In this document: piece after piece, positions 29,401 to 37,997 of the stretch
How positions within the stretch are numbered: the stretch's first letter is position 1
How the letters are laid out: each line of letters starts with the position of its first letter
Source of the DNA: Candidatus Dormiibacterota bacterium
Lineage (GTDB): Bacteria; Acidobacteriota; Terriglobia; Acidiferrales; UBA7541
Assembly: GCA_035577625.1 (NCBI GenBank)
Contig: DATLVG010000139.1
Location: forward strand, 16,114-80,113
Direction: 5' to 3'
Length of the DNA: 64,000 nt
The notes under the pieces: generated by a model
Databases searched by the model: none
Told to the model about the DNA's origin: nothing
The model's input: only the letters and a program-made list of their open reading frames with translations
Translations under genes and position numbers: made by a program

Positions 29401-30006
29401 TCAGAGAAGTTTTTCGTCGGGGTGGAGCTTGCCATATTCGGAAGTGTAGTGGAGGGGAACGTCGCCGTAGGTGCCCTTTTCGAGTTGGTAGACTTCGCAG
29501 GAGTCGAAAGGCTTGGAGTAAATGTGAATGCTGACGGCGCGCTGATTGTATTCGGCGAGATTGAGAACTTGATGGACGGGTTCGAGAGGGTTGACGTAAC
29601 AGGGATTGGCGGCGTTCATTTCGTAGATGTCGGTGGGAATGAGTTTGCAGGTGCCGGAGTGGTCGGCAAGAGCGTGACGGTCCGCGACGCGGAAATTTTG
29701 GACTTTTAGGCGGCCGATGGGGGCGGACATCCAACAATTCTGGTCACGATGATTGTGGATGCGGGAGAACTGGCCGATTTCCCAGCAGATGGTCATACAT
29801 TCGAAAAGATCGTTTTTGAAAATGAGATTGCGCGTGTAGCAGCCCTTGGAGAAGAAAAGGTATTTTTCGAGTGAGTCGGGGCGGACGTGATTCTGGATGA
29901 CGAAATTCTGGACGTTTTCGAGCGAAAAGTCTTTGGCGGGGATGGCGGCGAGATTCTTGACCCAGTCGGAGATGGAGAGTTGCGCGGCGGTGAGATTGTT
30001 GGGCAT
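29401..30006 (-). CDS. Cysteine dioxygenase family (cupin) protein
   Basis: YTRNLI, CWEIGQFSRIHNH, VHQV, SIHIYS. Confidence 0.85.
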   Translation of the reverse strand: MPNNLTAAQLSISDWVKNLAAIPAKDFSLENVQNFVIQNHVRPDSLEKYLFFSKGCYTRNLIFKNDLFECMTICWEIGQFSRIHNHRDQNCWMSAPIGRLKVQNFRVADRHALADHSGTCKLIPTDIYEMNAANPCYVNPLEPVHQVLNLAEYNQRAVSIHIYSKPFDSCEVYQLEKGTYGDVPLHYTSEYGKLHPDEKLL

Positions 30007-30102
30007 CGAAAGCCTCCGAGGAATTATAACGCGAAGTAACAAGCTGGAGTTGGGACAAACGTTCGCAGCGATTCATGCGTTGGTTGGTTTGGAACAGTTG
30101 AG

Positions 30103-30131
30103 CAGGATCCCTCCCTTCGGTCGGGATGACA
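30103..30131 (-). repeat. TGTCATCC...GGATC dispersed palindromic element
   Basis: Reverse complement TGTCATCCCGACCGAAGGGAGGGATCCTG. Confidence 0.7.
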
Positions 30132-30176
30132 GCTTGGTAGCCATCAGTGAGATAATCGGGGAGGGAGCGAATTGCA

Positions 30177-31376
30177 TTGATGGAATTGCTGGGGAAATCG
30201 CGGGAGGAGTTGCGGGAATGGCTTGCGGGGATTGGGGAGCCGGTGTACCGCGGGGATCAGATTTATCACGCGCTCTATCAAGAGCGGAATTTCGAGATTG
30301 CAACGATGACGGTGCTGCCGGCGGGGCTGCGAGAAAAACTAGCGGGCGAGGCAACAATTACTTTGCCAAACGTGAGGCAGAGATATTTTTCGAAAGATGG
30401 GTCGGTGCGGTATTTGTTTGGGCTGGGAGAAAAAGAAAGAATTTACGCAAAGAACTCTGAGAGCACAGAGGACACAGAGAAGAGAAAGCCAAAGAAAAAC
30501 TCGGCAGAAAGACCCGCGTCGGTGGAGGCGGTGTGGATGCCGAGCGAGAACCGGCAGACAATTTGTATTTCGACGCAGGCGGGGTGCGCGGTGGATTGCC
30601 AGTTTTGCATGACGGCGCAACTGGGATTGATACGAAATTTGACAGCGGGAGAAATCGTTGGTCAGATTTTGGCGACGTTGGAGGAGAACGAAGAGAAGGA
30701 AAATACAGAGGAAAGAGAAAGAAATAACACAGAGAACACAGAGAAGAGCAGCGACAAGAAGCAGACGAACGTGGTGTTGATGGGGCAGGGCGAGCCGCTG
30801 CTGAATTATGACAATGTGATGGCGGCGATGCGGATCGTGTTGGATAAGAAAGGCGTTGGGCTGGCACCGAAGCATGTGACGCTGTCGACGAGCGGGATTG
30901 TGCCGGGGATTGAGAAGTTGGCGAAGGAATCGGTGAGACCGAAGCTGGCGATTTCGTTGAATGCTTCGAATGATGAACAGCGCGATGCGTTGATGCCGAT
31001 CAATAAGAAATATCCGCTGAAAGAATTGCTGGCGACTTGCAAGAAATTCCCGACGGGATCGCGGGAGTACATCACGTTTGAATATGTGTTACTGGGCGGA
31101 GTGAACGATGCGGCGGAAGATGCACGGCGCGTGGCGCGCTTGATGGGCGGGTTAGGACGCGTGAAAGTGAATTTGATTCCGTGGAATCCGGGGGCACTGC
31201 CGTATAAAGAGCCGACGGAAGAGAGCGTTGCGGAGTTTCACCGGATATTGTTGGAGAAAGGCGTTCCGGCGTTTACGAGGTATTCGCGAGGAAGAGACGT
31301 GATGGCAGCGTGCGGGCAGTTGGCGTTGGGGGAGATCGAGACTAGCCGTCAGTCTTCAGTCATCAGCATTCAGTGA
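30177..31376 (+). CDS. rlmN: Dual-specificity RNA methyltransferase RlmN with low-complexity insertions
   Basis: CISTQAGCAVDCQFC, MGQGEP, AISL, EYVLL, VNLIP, AACGQL. Confidence 0.93.
   Translation: MMELLGKSREELREWLAGIGEPVYRGDQIYHALYQERNFEIATMTVLPAGLREKLAGEATITLPNVRQRYFSKDGSVRYLFGLGEKERIYAKNSESTEDTEKRKPKKNSAERPASVEAVWMPSENRQTICISTQAGCAVDCQFCMTAQLGLIRNLTAGEIVGQILATLEENEEKENTEERERNNTENTEKSSDKKQTNVVLMGQGEPLLNYDNVMAAMRIVLDKKGVGLAPKHVTLSTSGIVPGIEKLAKESVRPKLAISLNASNDEQRDALMPINKKYPLKELLATCKKFPTGSREYITFEYVLLGGVNDAAEDARRVARLMGGLGRVKVNLIPWNPGALPYKEPTEESVAEFHRILLEKGVPAFTRYSRGRDVMAACGQLALGEIETSRQSSVISIQ
30442..30482 (+). repeat. CACAGAG-type repeat, in frame inside rlmN
   Basis: CTCTGAGAG CACAGAGGA CACAGAGAA encoding SESTEDTEK. 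Confidence 0.7.
30701..30750 (+). repeat. CACAGAG-type repeat, in frame inside rlmN
   Basis: TACAGAG..TAA CACAGAGAA CACAGAGAA encoding NTEE..NNTENTEK. Confidence 0.65.
31346..31373 (-). repeat. Heptamer tandem repeat x4 forming the rlmN C-terminus
   Basis: CCGTCAG TCTTCAG TCATCAG CATTCAG (reverse of the 14786 array). Confidence 0.65.
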
Positions 31377-31541
31377 AAGAGATTTGGTGGAGCGGTTCCC
31401 TCCCCTTTTTAGATTTCAGCAAATTTTGAGTTTAGATCCTTCGGTTATCTTCTTGGATAGTCTCGAAGAGGGCACGACATTGAGCAAACGCGCCTGACTC
31501 AACGGGCTGAACCCTTGTGCTATACAAAGCGAAAGTCCAAA

Positions 31542-31569
31542 GCGCCCGCCTCGGAAGGCGGCCGCTACA
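31542..31569 (-). repeat. GTAG-type REP-like palindrome
   Basis: Reverse complement TGTAGCGGCCGCCTTCCGAGGCGGGCGC. Confidence 0.75.
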
Positions 31570-31606
31570 ACTGCACGCCGGACAAACCGCTGTGGTGGCG
31601 CTGGGA

Positions 31607-32581
31607 TTATTTTTTGAGGGCGATTGCAGCGAGGAGGCGGCCGGAGCGGGGGCCTTGTTTGCGGTAGCTGAAGAAGAGAGAGGGATGGCAGGCGGTGCAG
31701 AGGCCGGAGGAAAAGATATTTTTTTCGTGAACGCCGGCGGCGAGGAGTTGCGCGCGATTGGCTTTGGGGAGATCGAGGCGGACGTTTTTGGGCGGAGGCT
31801 GGTGGCCGGGAGGCATCATGTTAAGCCACTGGAGAGGATTGGGTTCTTCGCCGGAGCGGGGCTCGTCGAAATAGTCGGCCGCGGCGGCGAATTGGGATGT
31901 GAATTGAATGACGAGTTCGGCGCCGACTTCGTAGCAGCAGGGGCCGATGGCAGGGCCGATGGCGGCGAGTAGATCGGACGGATGGGACTTGAATTTGGCG
32001 ACGAGTTCGCCGACGGCTTTTTCGAGGATACGAGCGAGAGTGCCGCGCCAGCCGGCGTGAACGGCAGCGACGGCTCGTTTTTTGGGGTCGACGAGAAGGA
32101 TCGGGACACAGTCGGCAGTTCGGACGCCGAGGAGGAGGCCGGGAGTGTTGGTGAGTGAGGCATCGCCATTACACGGTTCTTTGGGGACGGAGGCGAAAGG
32201 CCAGATGACGGCAGAGTGGATTTGTTTGAGGTTGATGAGAGGGAATTTTTGCGCGCCGAGAGCGGTTTGAAACCTTTTACGATTTTCGATCACGTTTTCA
32301 CGGGTGTCCCAATCGGTGAAGCCGAGATTGAGAGACTTCTGGCCATCGAGATCGGAGACGCCGCCGGGGGCGGTGCTGAAACCGTGGAGGAGCCAGGGAA
32401 GTTTTTTGAAGGCGTCGAGTTCGAGGATTCTTAGATTGCCGGACGAGCGGAGCGACCAAGGCGCCGAGATTTTGGGTGGCACGGCGGGGCGCGAAAGGGG
32501 TTTGCCTGCTTTGCGACGCGGCAAAGAAGATTTCGAGGCGACGGGCATCCAGTAAGTATAATCGGAACCGGAATCGGCCAC
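31607..32581 (-). CDS. pgeF: Peptidoglycan editing factor PgeF (YfiH family)
   Basis: HGFST, QIHS, TADCVPILL, HAGWRG, GPAIGPCCYEVG, CTAC..FFSYR; start uncertain. Confidence 0.9.
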   Translation of the reverse strand: MADSGSDYTYWMPVASKSSLPRRKAGKPLSRPAVPPKISAPWSLRSSGNLRILELDAFKKLPWLLHGFSTAPGGVSDLDGQKSLNLGFTDWDTRENVIENRKRFQTALGAQKFPLINLKQIHSAVIWPFASVPKEPCNGDASLTNTPGLLLGVRTADCVPILLVDPKKRAVAAVHAGWRGTLARILEKAVGELVAKFKSHPSDLLAAIGPAIGPCCYEVGAELVIQFTSQFAAAADYFDEPRSGEEPNPLQWLNMMPPGHQPPPKNVRLDLPKANRAQLLAAGVHEKNIFSSGLCTACHPSLFFSYRKQGPRSGRLLAAIALKK

Positions 32582-32747
32582 GAAATTGCCGGAACTATTC
32601 CGTTTTGGGGCTTGTCAGCGGACGGCTGCTTTGGATGCGGCTATTGGAGATTCGCTGAGCGAGTTGTGGGCAGTCAGCGAGTTTTGATTTGGGCGGAAAT
32701 GGTGCTCGTAAGAGCTCAGCCAAGAGTGGCTAAGCTACTGGTGACGA

Positions 32748-33125
32748 ATGATTGTTGGGCTGGGAGTGGACATTGCGGAAGTAGATCGAGTGCGGGGAGC
32801 GATTGAACGGCAAGGGGAGAGATTTTTGAAGCGGCTCTATACTGCGAAGGAGCGCGCGTACTGCGAGAAGTTTAAGAACAAATATGAGCGGTATGCGGGC
32901 CGGTTTGCGGTGAAGGAAGCGACGATGAAGGCGCTGGGGACAGGATGGAGCCGCGGGGTGCGCTGGGTGGATATTGAAGTGGTGCGGGAGATTAGCGGGA
33001 AGCCGACGCTGGAGCTGAAGGGCGAGGCGAGGAAAATTGCGGACAAGCTGGGAGTGAAACATATTGCGGTGACGATCACGCATACGGCGAGCCAGGCGCT
33101 GGCGATGGTGATTTTTGAAGAATGA
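32748..33125 (+). CDS. acpS: Holo-[acyl-carrier-protein] synthase
   Basis: GLGVDIAEV, AGRFAVKEATMKALGTG, GKP, ITH. Confidence 0.95.
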   Translation: MIVGLGVDIAEVDRVRGAIERQGERFLKRLYTAKERAYCEKFKNKYERYAGRFAVKEATMKALGTGWSRGVRWVDIEVVREISGKPTLELKGEARKIADKLGVKHIAVTITHTASQALAMVIFEE

Positions 33126-33139
33126 GTCACCTGGAGGCG

Positions 33140-33652
33140 CTAAGGGTCGGCGTGCCTGAACTCGATGCCCGTGTCGCTATCTGGATCACCTACGATTGAG
33201 TAAAGGCGATAGGGGGAATGTTGGCCCAAAATCAAAATTGGCCACATCGTGTTTGTATGGCCGCAAGCCGCTAGTTTTGTCGCAGGGCGATAGTTATTAA
33301 ATTCAACAGACCAGCCGAAACCGCCACCCCTTAGGCCACTGGGCAACCAATCAGCAGAACCGGAAAGCCTACAGACGACATTGTCCCCGAAGGGATCGAA
33401 GTCAGGGAAATCAGTAAATCGCGCGGTGTGGTCTGCGCGAAGGATTATCGAGGCATCCCTTTGTCGGGCTTGGCGCGCGAGGTCGTCCGGAAGCCTGAGT
33501 TTAAGAACTTTGTGTGTGCCCACCAGCTGTGCATCTGGCGGTTTGGTCCTTGTAAAATCCCACAATCGAGGATAAGAGAAAAGCGGCGGTGGCCTGCAGC
33601 TCGCAAGCAAGCAACAAAGAAGGGCCAAGTACGGCGCAACGAAGAGTCGCAA
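33140..33652 (-). CDS. Hypothetical lipoprotein
   Basis: Fills the gap between acpS and the carbamoyltransferase-like gene; lipobox-like LLASC. Confidence 0.5.
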   Translation of the reverse strand: MRLFVAPYLALLCCLLASCRPPPLFSYPRLWDFTRTKPPDAQLVGTHKVLKLRLPDDLARQARQRDASIILRADHTARFTDFPDFDPFGDNVVCRLSGSADWLPSGLRGGGFGWSVEFNNYRPATKLAACGHTNTMWPILILGQHSPYRLYSIVGDPDSDTGIEFRHADP

Positions 33653-33671
33653 TTTAGCTTCGCGCAGATCG

Positions 33672-35285
33672 CTATTTCACGACGAGGAACGGGCCGATGG
33701 CGAGGGCGTCGATGCCGGCGCAGTAGAAGGAGCGGACGGCGGAGCGGGGGTCGGTGACGAGGGGCTCGCCGAAGAGATTGAAGGACGTGTTGACGAGGAT
33801 GGGGGCGGGAACGGTTTCGCCGAATTTGTGAAGCAATTTCCAGAAGCCGGGATTGGCTTCGCGGTCGACGGTGTGAACGCGAATGGTGTTACCGTGGAAG
33901 GCAAAGCGTTCGAGTCCAGCGAAGGAATTTTTTAGCGCGCCGAGAGACGCCATGAAGCGGCAGTTGGGGCCGCAATCGAAATACTCGGCGGCGCGTTCGG
34001 CGGGGACGGAAAGCGCGAAGGGATGGAACTCTTCGCGGTGCTTGACGTACTGATTTACATTTTCCACGACATATTCTGAGAAGGGTGAAGCGAGAAGGCT
34101 GCGGTGGCCGAGGGCGCGGTGACCAAACTCGGTCGGCCCCTGGCACCAGGCAACGATTTTGCCGCGGTCGAGCTGCTTGCAGACTTCGTCGTGAAGCTGA
34201 TCGTCGCCCGACATGTAGCGGTAGACAATTTTACAGTTGTCGAGGACGGCTTTGATTTCCTGAGCGGCAGGCTCGGGACCTAGCGCCAAAGAAGCTAGCG
34301 GCGCGCGACCGGAGCGACCTGTGAGTTTCTTGCGAGCGAGAAAACCGGCGCCGAGAGCGGTTCCAGCGTTGCCGGAAACGGGTTGGACGTAGACATTCTT
34401 GAAGCCGCTGCGGAGTTCGAGCGCGCGAACGAGAAGAACGTTCAAGAAAACTCCACCGGCGAGACAGAGGGAATCGGTGGCGGTGTCTTCCTGGAAATTC
34501 TGCGCGAGCGTGATGACAAGTTCTTCGATGACGTCCTGGGCGCTGCGGGCAATGTTTGCGCGGAGCGAGGAGTCGAGCGGTGCGCCGGGTTTGGGCAGGC
34601 CGGCATCTCGGTAGAAGCGCGGAGAGAGGATGCCGCGACGATCGGGGCCGGAAGTGAAATAGCGGCGATTGAGAACAGGAAGACCCTTTGCGTCGAAGGT
34701 GAATAGTTTTCGAAAGGCTTCGAGGAATTCGGGCTGGCCGTCTTTGCTGAGCCATTGAAATTTATGCTCGTCGCGATTGGCGCGAAGGCCAAGAAACTGG
34801 GTAAGGCGCGAGTAAAACCAGCCGATGGAATTCGGAAATGCAAGATTGCGAAGCGGCTTGATGCGGTCGCCATCGCCGAGAGAGACGGAACCGGAACGAG
34901 CCATGGAACCTTCGTCGAGGGTGAGGATGAGGGCACGATCGAAGCCGGAGGTGTAGTAGGCGCTGGCGGCATGGGACAAGTGGTGATCGAATCGAAGGAT
35001 GTTGCGGCCACCCGCAAGCAGCTGACGAAGTTGGCGGAATGACGAGACAGCCAGGGAATTTTTCTTTGCGGCGGAGGGTGGCAGGTCGGCGACCGCGATT
35101 GCCGTAAGATCGGATGGTTTGAGACGAAAGTGGTCGAATAGCCGAGCCATGGCGAGGCGGGGGACATAGCCCGCTTCCTGAAGGCGGGTGAGTTTTGCTT
35201 CTTCGAGAGCAGCGAGAATTGCGCGATCGTCAAAAAGAGCGGCGGCGGAATCGCGGCTGAGTTTGGAGAGACCGAGGATGCGCAT
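33672..35285 (-). CDS. Degenerate NodU/CmcH-family carbamoyltransferase-like protein
   Basis: HHLSHAASAY, LAGGVFLN, EFGHRALGHRSLL, VNTSFN; several conserved residues altered. Confidence 0.8.
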   Translation of the reverse strand: MRILGLSKLSRDSAAALFDDRAILAALEEAKLTRLQEAGYVPRLAMARLFDHFRLKPSDLTAIAVADLPPSAAKKNSLAVSSFRQLRQLLAGGRNILRFDHHLSHAASAYYTSGFDRALILTLDEGSMARSGSVSLGDGDRIKPLRNLAFPNSIGWFYSRLTQFLGLRANRDEHKFQWLSKDGQPEFLEAFRKLFTFDAKGLPVLNRRYFTSGPDRRGILSPRFYRDAGLPKPGAPLDSSLRANIARSAQDVIEELVITLAQNFQEDTATDSLCLAGGVFLNVLLVRALELRSGFKNVYVQPVSGNAGTALGAGFLARKKLTGRSGRAPLASLALGPEPAAQEIKAVLDNCKIVYRYMSGDDQLHDEVCKQLDRGKIVAWCQGPTEFGHRALGHRSLLASPFSEYVVENVNQYVKHREEFHPFALSVPAERAAEYFDCGPNCRFMASLGALKNSFAGLERFAFHGNTIRVHTVDREANPGFWKLLHKFGETVPAPILVNTSFNLFGEPLVTDPRSAVRSFYCAGIDALAIGPFLVVK

Positions 35286-35298
35286 TACGCGAAGCTTA

Positions 35299-36711
35299 TC
35301 ATGCGGACGCTGCGGCAAGTTGCAAAGAGGGGATCACTTCCGCGTGCAGGAAATTATCTTCGGCGGCAACCGCGCGGACGTCGATGAACTGGTTGGTGGG
35401 GAAAGATTCGGGAATGCGGAATTGGATGTAGTTGGAAGACAGGGCGGGGGTCCAAGGAGCGGCGGAGAATTTCGAAGGGCGATTCAGCGTGAGAACGCGA
35501 TGGGCGCGGCCGAGTTGAGAGGCGCGGAAGGCAGCAGCTTTGGATTCACCGAGGAGACGGAGTTCGGTCGCGCGACGATGAATGATTTCACCGGAAAGTT
35601 GTGAATCGAGAGCCACGGCTTTGGTGCCGGGGCGGGAAGAGTAAGAGAAGACGTGGAGGTAGGTGAATGGAAGCAAATCGATGAAGCGGAGAGTGGCTTC
35701 ATGGTGGGCTTCGGTCTCGCCGGGAAAGCCGGCGATGACGTCGGCGCCAATGGCGGCATGGGGAAGAAGTTCGCGAATGAGCTTTACACGACGGGCGTAG
35801 TGCTCCGTGCGATACCAGCGATGCATGGCGGAGAGGATATTGTCCGAGCCGGATTGGAGCGGCATGTGAAAGTGCTGGGCGATGCGATCGGTGCCGGCAA
35901 ATAGCGCGATGACATCATGGGTGACGTCGAGCGGCTCGATGGAGCTGATGCGGAGGCGCGGGAGTGGAGTTTCGTCGAGGATGCGACGCAGGAGTTCGAT
36001 AAAGCCGGCGCGGGGCGAAAAGTCACGCCCCCAGGAGCCGAGATTGATACCGCTGAGAACAACCTCCTGGAAGCCGGAGTCGCAGAGGCGACGGATTTCG
36101 GAAAGCACCGTGTCGGGAGGAAGGCTGCGGCTGTTGCCCCGAACGAATGGAATGACGCAGAAGGAGCAGCGGTTGTTGCAGCCGTCCTGGATTTTGAGAG
36201 TGGGGCGAGTGTGATTCCCTTCTCCACCGAGGACGGGGGCAACGAGGACTTCGCGGGCGGCAAAGATGTCTCCGGAAATGATCTGTGGGAATTGCAAGCC
36301 CTGCTGTGGTTCGAATCGCAAGGGCGCCGGCGGGGACGCCAGCTTCGCGAAATTGAGGGGAACGAAGCCCTGGTCGGATTTCGTGATGAGGTCGGGAATT
36401 TGGGGTTTGTGGGAATTGCCGACGACGAAAGAGACACCGGGGAGGGCCGCAAGTTCTTCGGGGGCGCGCTGGGCGTAACAACCGGTGACAAGGATTTTGG
36501 CGGAAGGATTTTGCGCGTGGATTTTGCGAATGGCATCGCGGGCCTGTGTGTCGGCGGAGGAAGTGACGGTGCAGGTGTTGATGACGACGAACTCGGCGTT
36601 TTGCGGCGAAGCAGAGGCGGTGCAGCCGCGATTAAGGAGCTGGCGTTCGATGGCGGCGCCGTCGGCTTGAGTGGCGCGACAGCCGAATTGTTCGATGTAG
36701 AAGGTAGACAT
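35299..36711 (-). CDS. mtaB: tRNA t6A37 methylthiotransferase MtaB
   Basis: FGCRATQAD, NTCTVT, GCYAQ, KIQDGCNNRCSFC, RISSIEP, HVFSYSSRPGT. Confidence 0.9.
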   Translation of the reverse strand: MSTFYIEQFGCRATQADGAAIERQLLNRGCTASASPQNAEFVVINTCTVTSSADTQARDAIRKIHAQNPSAKILVTGCYAQRAPEELAALPGVSFVVGNSHKPQIPDLITKSDQGFVPLNFAKLASPPAPLRFEPQQGLQFPQIISGDIFAAREVLVAPVLGGEGNHTRPTLKIQDGCNNRCSFCVIPFVRGNSRSLPPDTVLSEIRRLCDSGFQEVVLSGINLGSWGRDFSPRAGFIELLRRILDETPLPRLRISSIEPLDVTHDVIALFAGTDRIAQHFHMPLQSGSDNILSAMHRWYRTEHYARRVKLIRELLPHAAIGADVIAGFPGETEAHHEATLRFIDLLPFTYLHVFSYSSRPGTKAVALDSQLSGEIIHRRATELRLLGESKAAAFRASQLGRAHRVLTLNRPSKFSAAPWTPALSSNYIQFRIPESFPTNQFIDVRAVAAEDNFLHAEVIPSLQLAAASA

Positions 36712-36726
36712 GGCGGCAAGAAAAAA

Positions 36727-36758
36727 TCTAACACAGAGAGCACGGAGAGCACAGAGAC
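36727..36758 (+). repeat. CACAGAG-type repeat element
   Basis: TCTAA CACAGAGAG CACGGAGAG CACAGAGA. Confidence 0.7.
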
Positions 36759-36780
36759 CTTGCAGTTGGCTTACATCGAA

Positions 36781-36930
36781 CAGATTCCTCCGCCGCGGCC
36801 GGATGACACATTAGTGTTGTGAGCGGAGGATCGTGTCACACGATACGTTGAGAGCTGCGGCCGTGGCGCTCTCATCGACTAGAGTACGGATTCAATCTAG
36901 CCGCGATCCCTAGCTCCGCTCGGGATGGCA
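36781..36930 (-). repeat. Two TGTCATCC-type elements (36781-36808 and 36905-36930)
   Basis: Reverse complements TGTCATCCGGCCGCGGCGGAGGAATCTG and TGCCATCCCGAGCGGAGCTAGGGATC. Confidence 0.6.
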
Positions 36931-37010
36931 GAATCCGGGTCGTGCGGCCATCCCACGGATGGCGATGGGCTTGGAGAAAGATGGCGGGGCCGATACAATG
37001 CGTGGGACTT

Positions 37011-37790
37011 ATGAGCCAGCATAGACGAAATCCGCAAGCACTGCGCGACCCGAAGCTGTCGGTGGTGATTCCGGTCTACAACGAGAAAAACACGCTGGAA
37101 GAGTTGCTGCGACGGGTGACGGACGATCCGACGCGAAAGGAAATACTTCTGGTGGACGATTATTCCACGGATGGAACGCGGCAGATGCTGGAGAAAATGC
37201 AGCAACTGCAGGCGGCCGGCGAATCGAGCGCACCGGCGAGCGACGGGGGAGACGCGACACCGCTAGAGGATTTGCGATTTTTTTTTCAGGATAAGAATCA
37301 AGGGAAAGGCGCGGCACTGCGGCGGGGATTCGCGGAAGTGACAGGCAACATCGTGCTGGTGCAGGACGCGGATTTGGAGTACGACCCGAGAGATTATCCG
37401 AAATTGCTGGAGCCGATTTTGGATGGGAGAGCGGATGTGGTGTTTGGCTCGCGATTTTTGGGCGGGCCGCAGCGTGTACATTATTTTTGGCACTACGTTG
37501 CGAACCGGCTGCTGACGCTGTTGAGCGACATTTTTACGAACTTGAAATTGACGGACATGGAGACGTGTTACAAGGTTTTTCGGACGGAGACGCTTGAAGG
37601 GATCACGATCAAGTCCAACCGTTTTGGATTTGAGCCGGAGATTACGGCGAAGATCGCGAAGAAAAACTGGCGGATTTATGAAGTGCCGATCAGTTATGCG
37701 GGGCGCACGTATGAAGAGGGGAAAAAAATTACGTGGAAGGATGGAGTAAAGGCGTTGTGGTGTATTTTCTGGTTTTGGATTACAGATTGA
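37011..37790 (+). CDS. GT2 glycosyltransferase (DPM1-like)
   Basis: VIPVYNE, DDYSTDGT, GKGAA, QDADLEYDP, TDMETCYK, FGFEPEIT. Confidence 0.9.
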   Translation: MSQHRRNPQALRDPKLSVVIPVYNEKNTLEELLRRVTDDPTRKEILLVDDYSTDGTRQMLEKMQQLQAAGESSAPASDGGDATPLEDLRFFFQDKNQGKGAALRRGFAEVTGNIVLVQDADLEYDPRDYPKLLEPILDGRADVVFGSRFLGGPQRVHYFWHYVANRLLTLLSDIFTNLKLTDMETCYKVFRTETLEGITIKSNRFGFEPEITAKIAKKNWRIYEVPISYAGRTYEEGKKITWKDGVKALWCIFWFWITD

Positions 37791-37797
37791 AAGGAAG

Positions 37798-37830
37798 TCG
37801 TCAGTTGTCGGTCTTCAGTAAATCGCCAGT
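37798..37830 (-). repeat. Degenerate heptamer tandem repeat
   Basis: TCGTCAG TTGTCGG TCTTCAG..TCGCCAG. Confidence 0.45.
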
Positions 37831-37997
37831 TCGGTTGAGATGTCCGCGAACATGCACGTAAAATTGAACGAGTAAATTAATGATTTTGTCGAGGGGCGGG
37901 AGCGTGCGGATTCAGGGCGAGCTTCTACCGAAGAGGGCACGATATTCCGGCTGCTGCCCGGCATCTTCGATATCGTGTCCAGAATTGAAAATCGAAG

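Noticed and set aside
32748-33125. acpS as the dedicated PPTase of the PKS/NRPS cassette
   Set aside because: Short AcpS type in housekeeping context about 14 kb away; an Sfp-type enzyme would be expected and is not in the window
14786-37830. Short repeats as a CRISPR array
   Set aside because: No regular repeat-spacer periodicity and no cas genes
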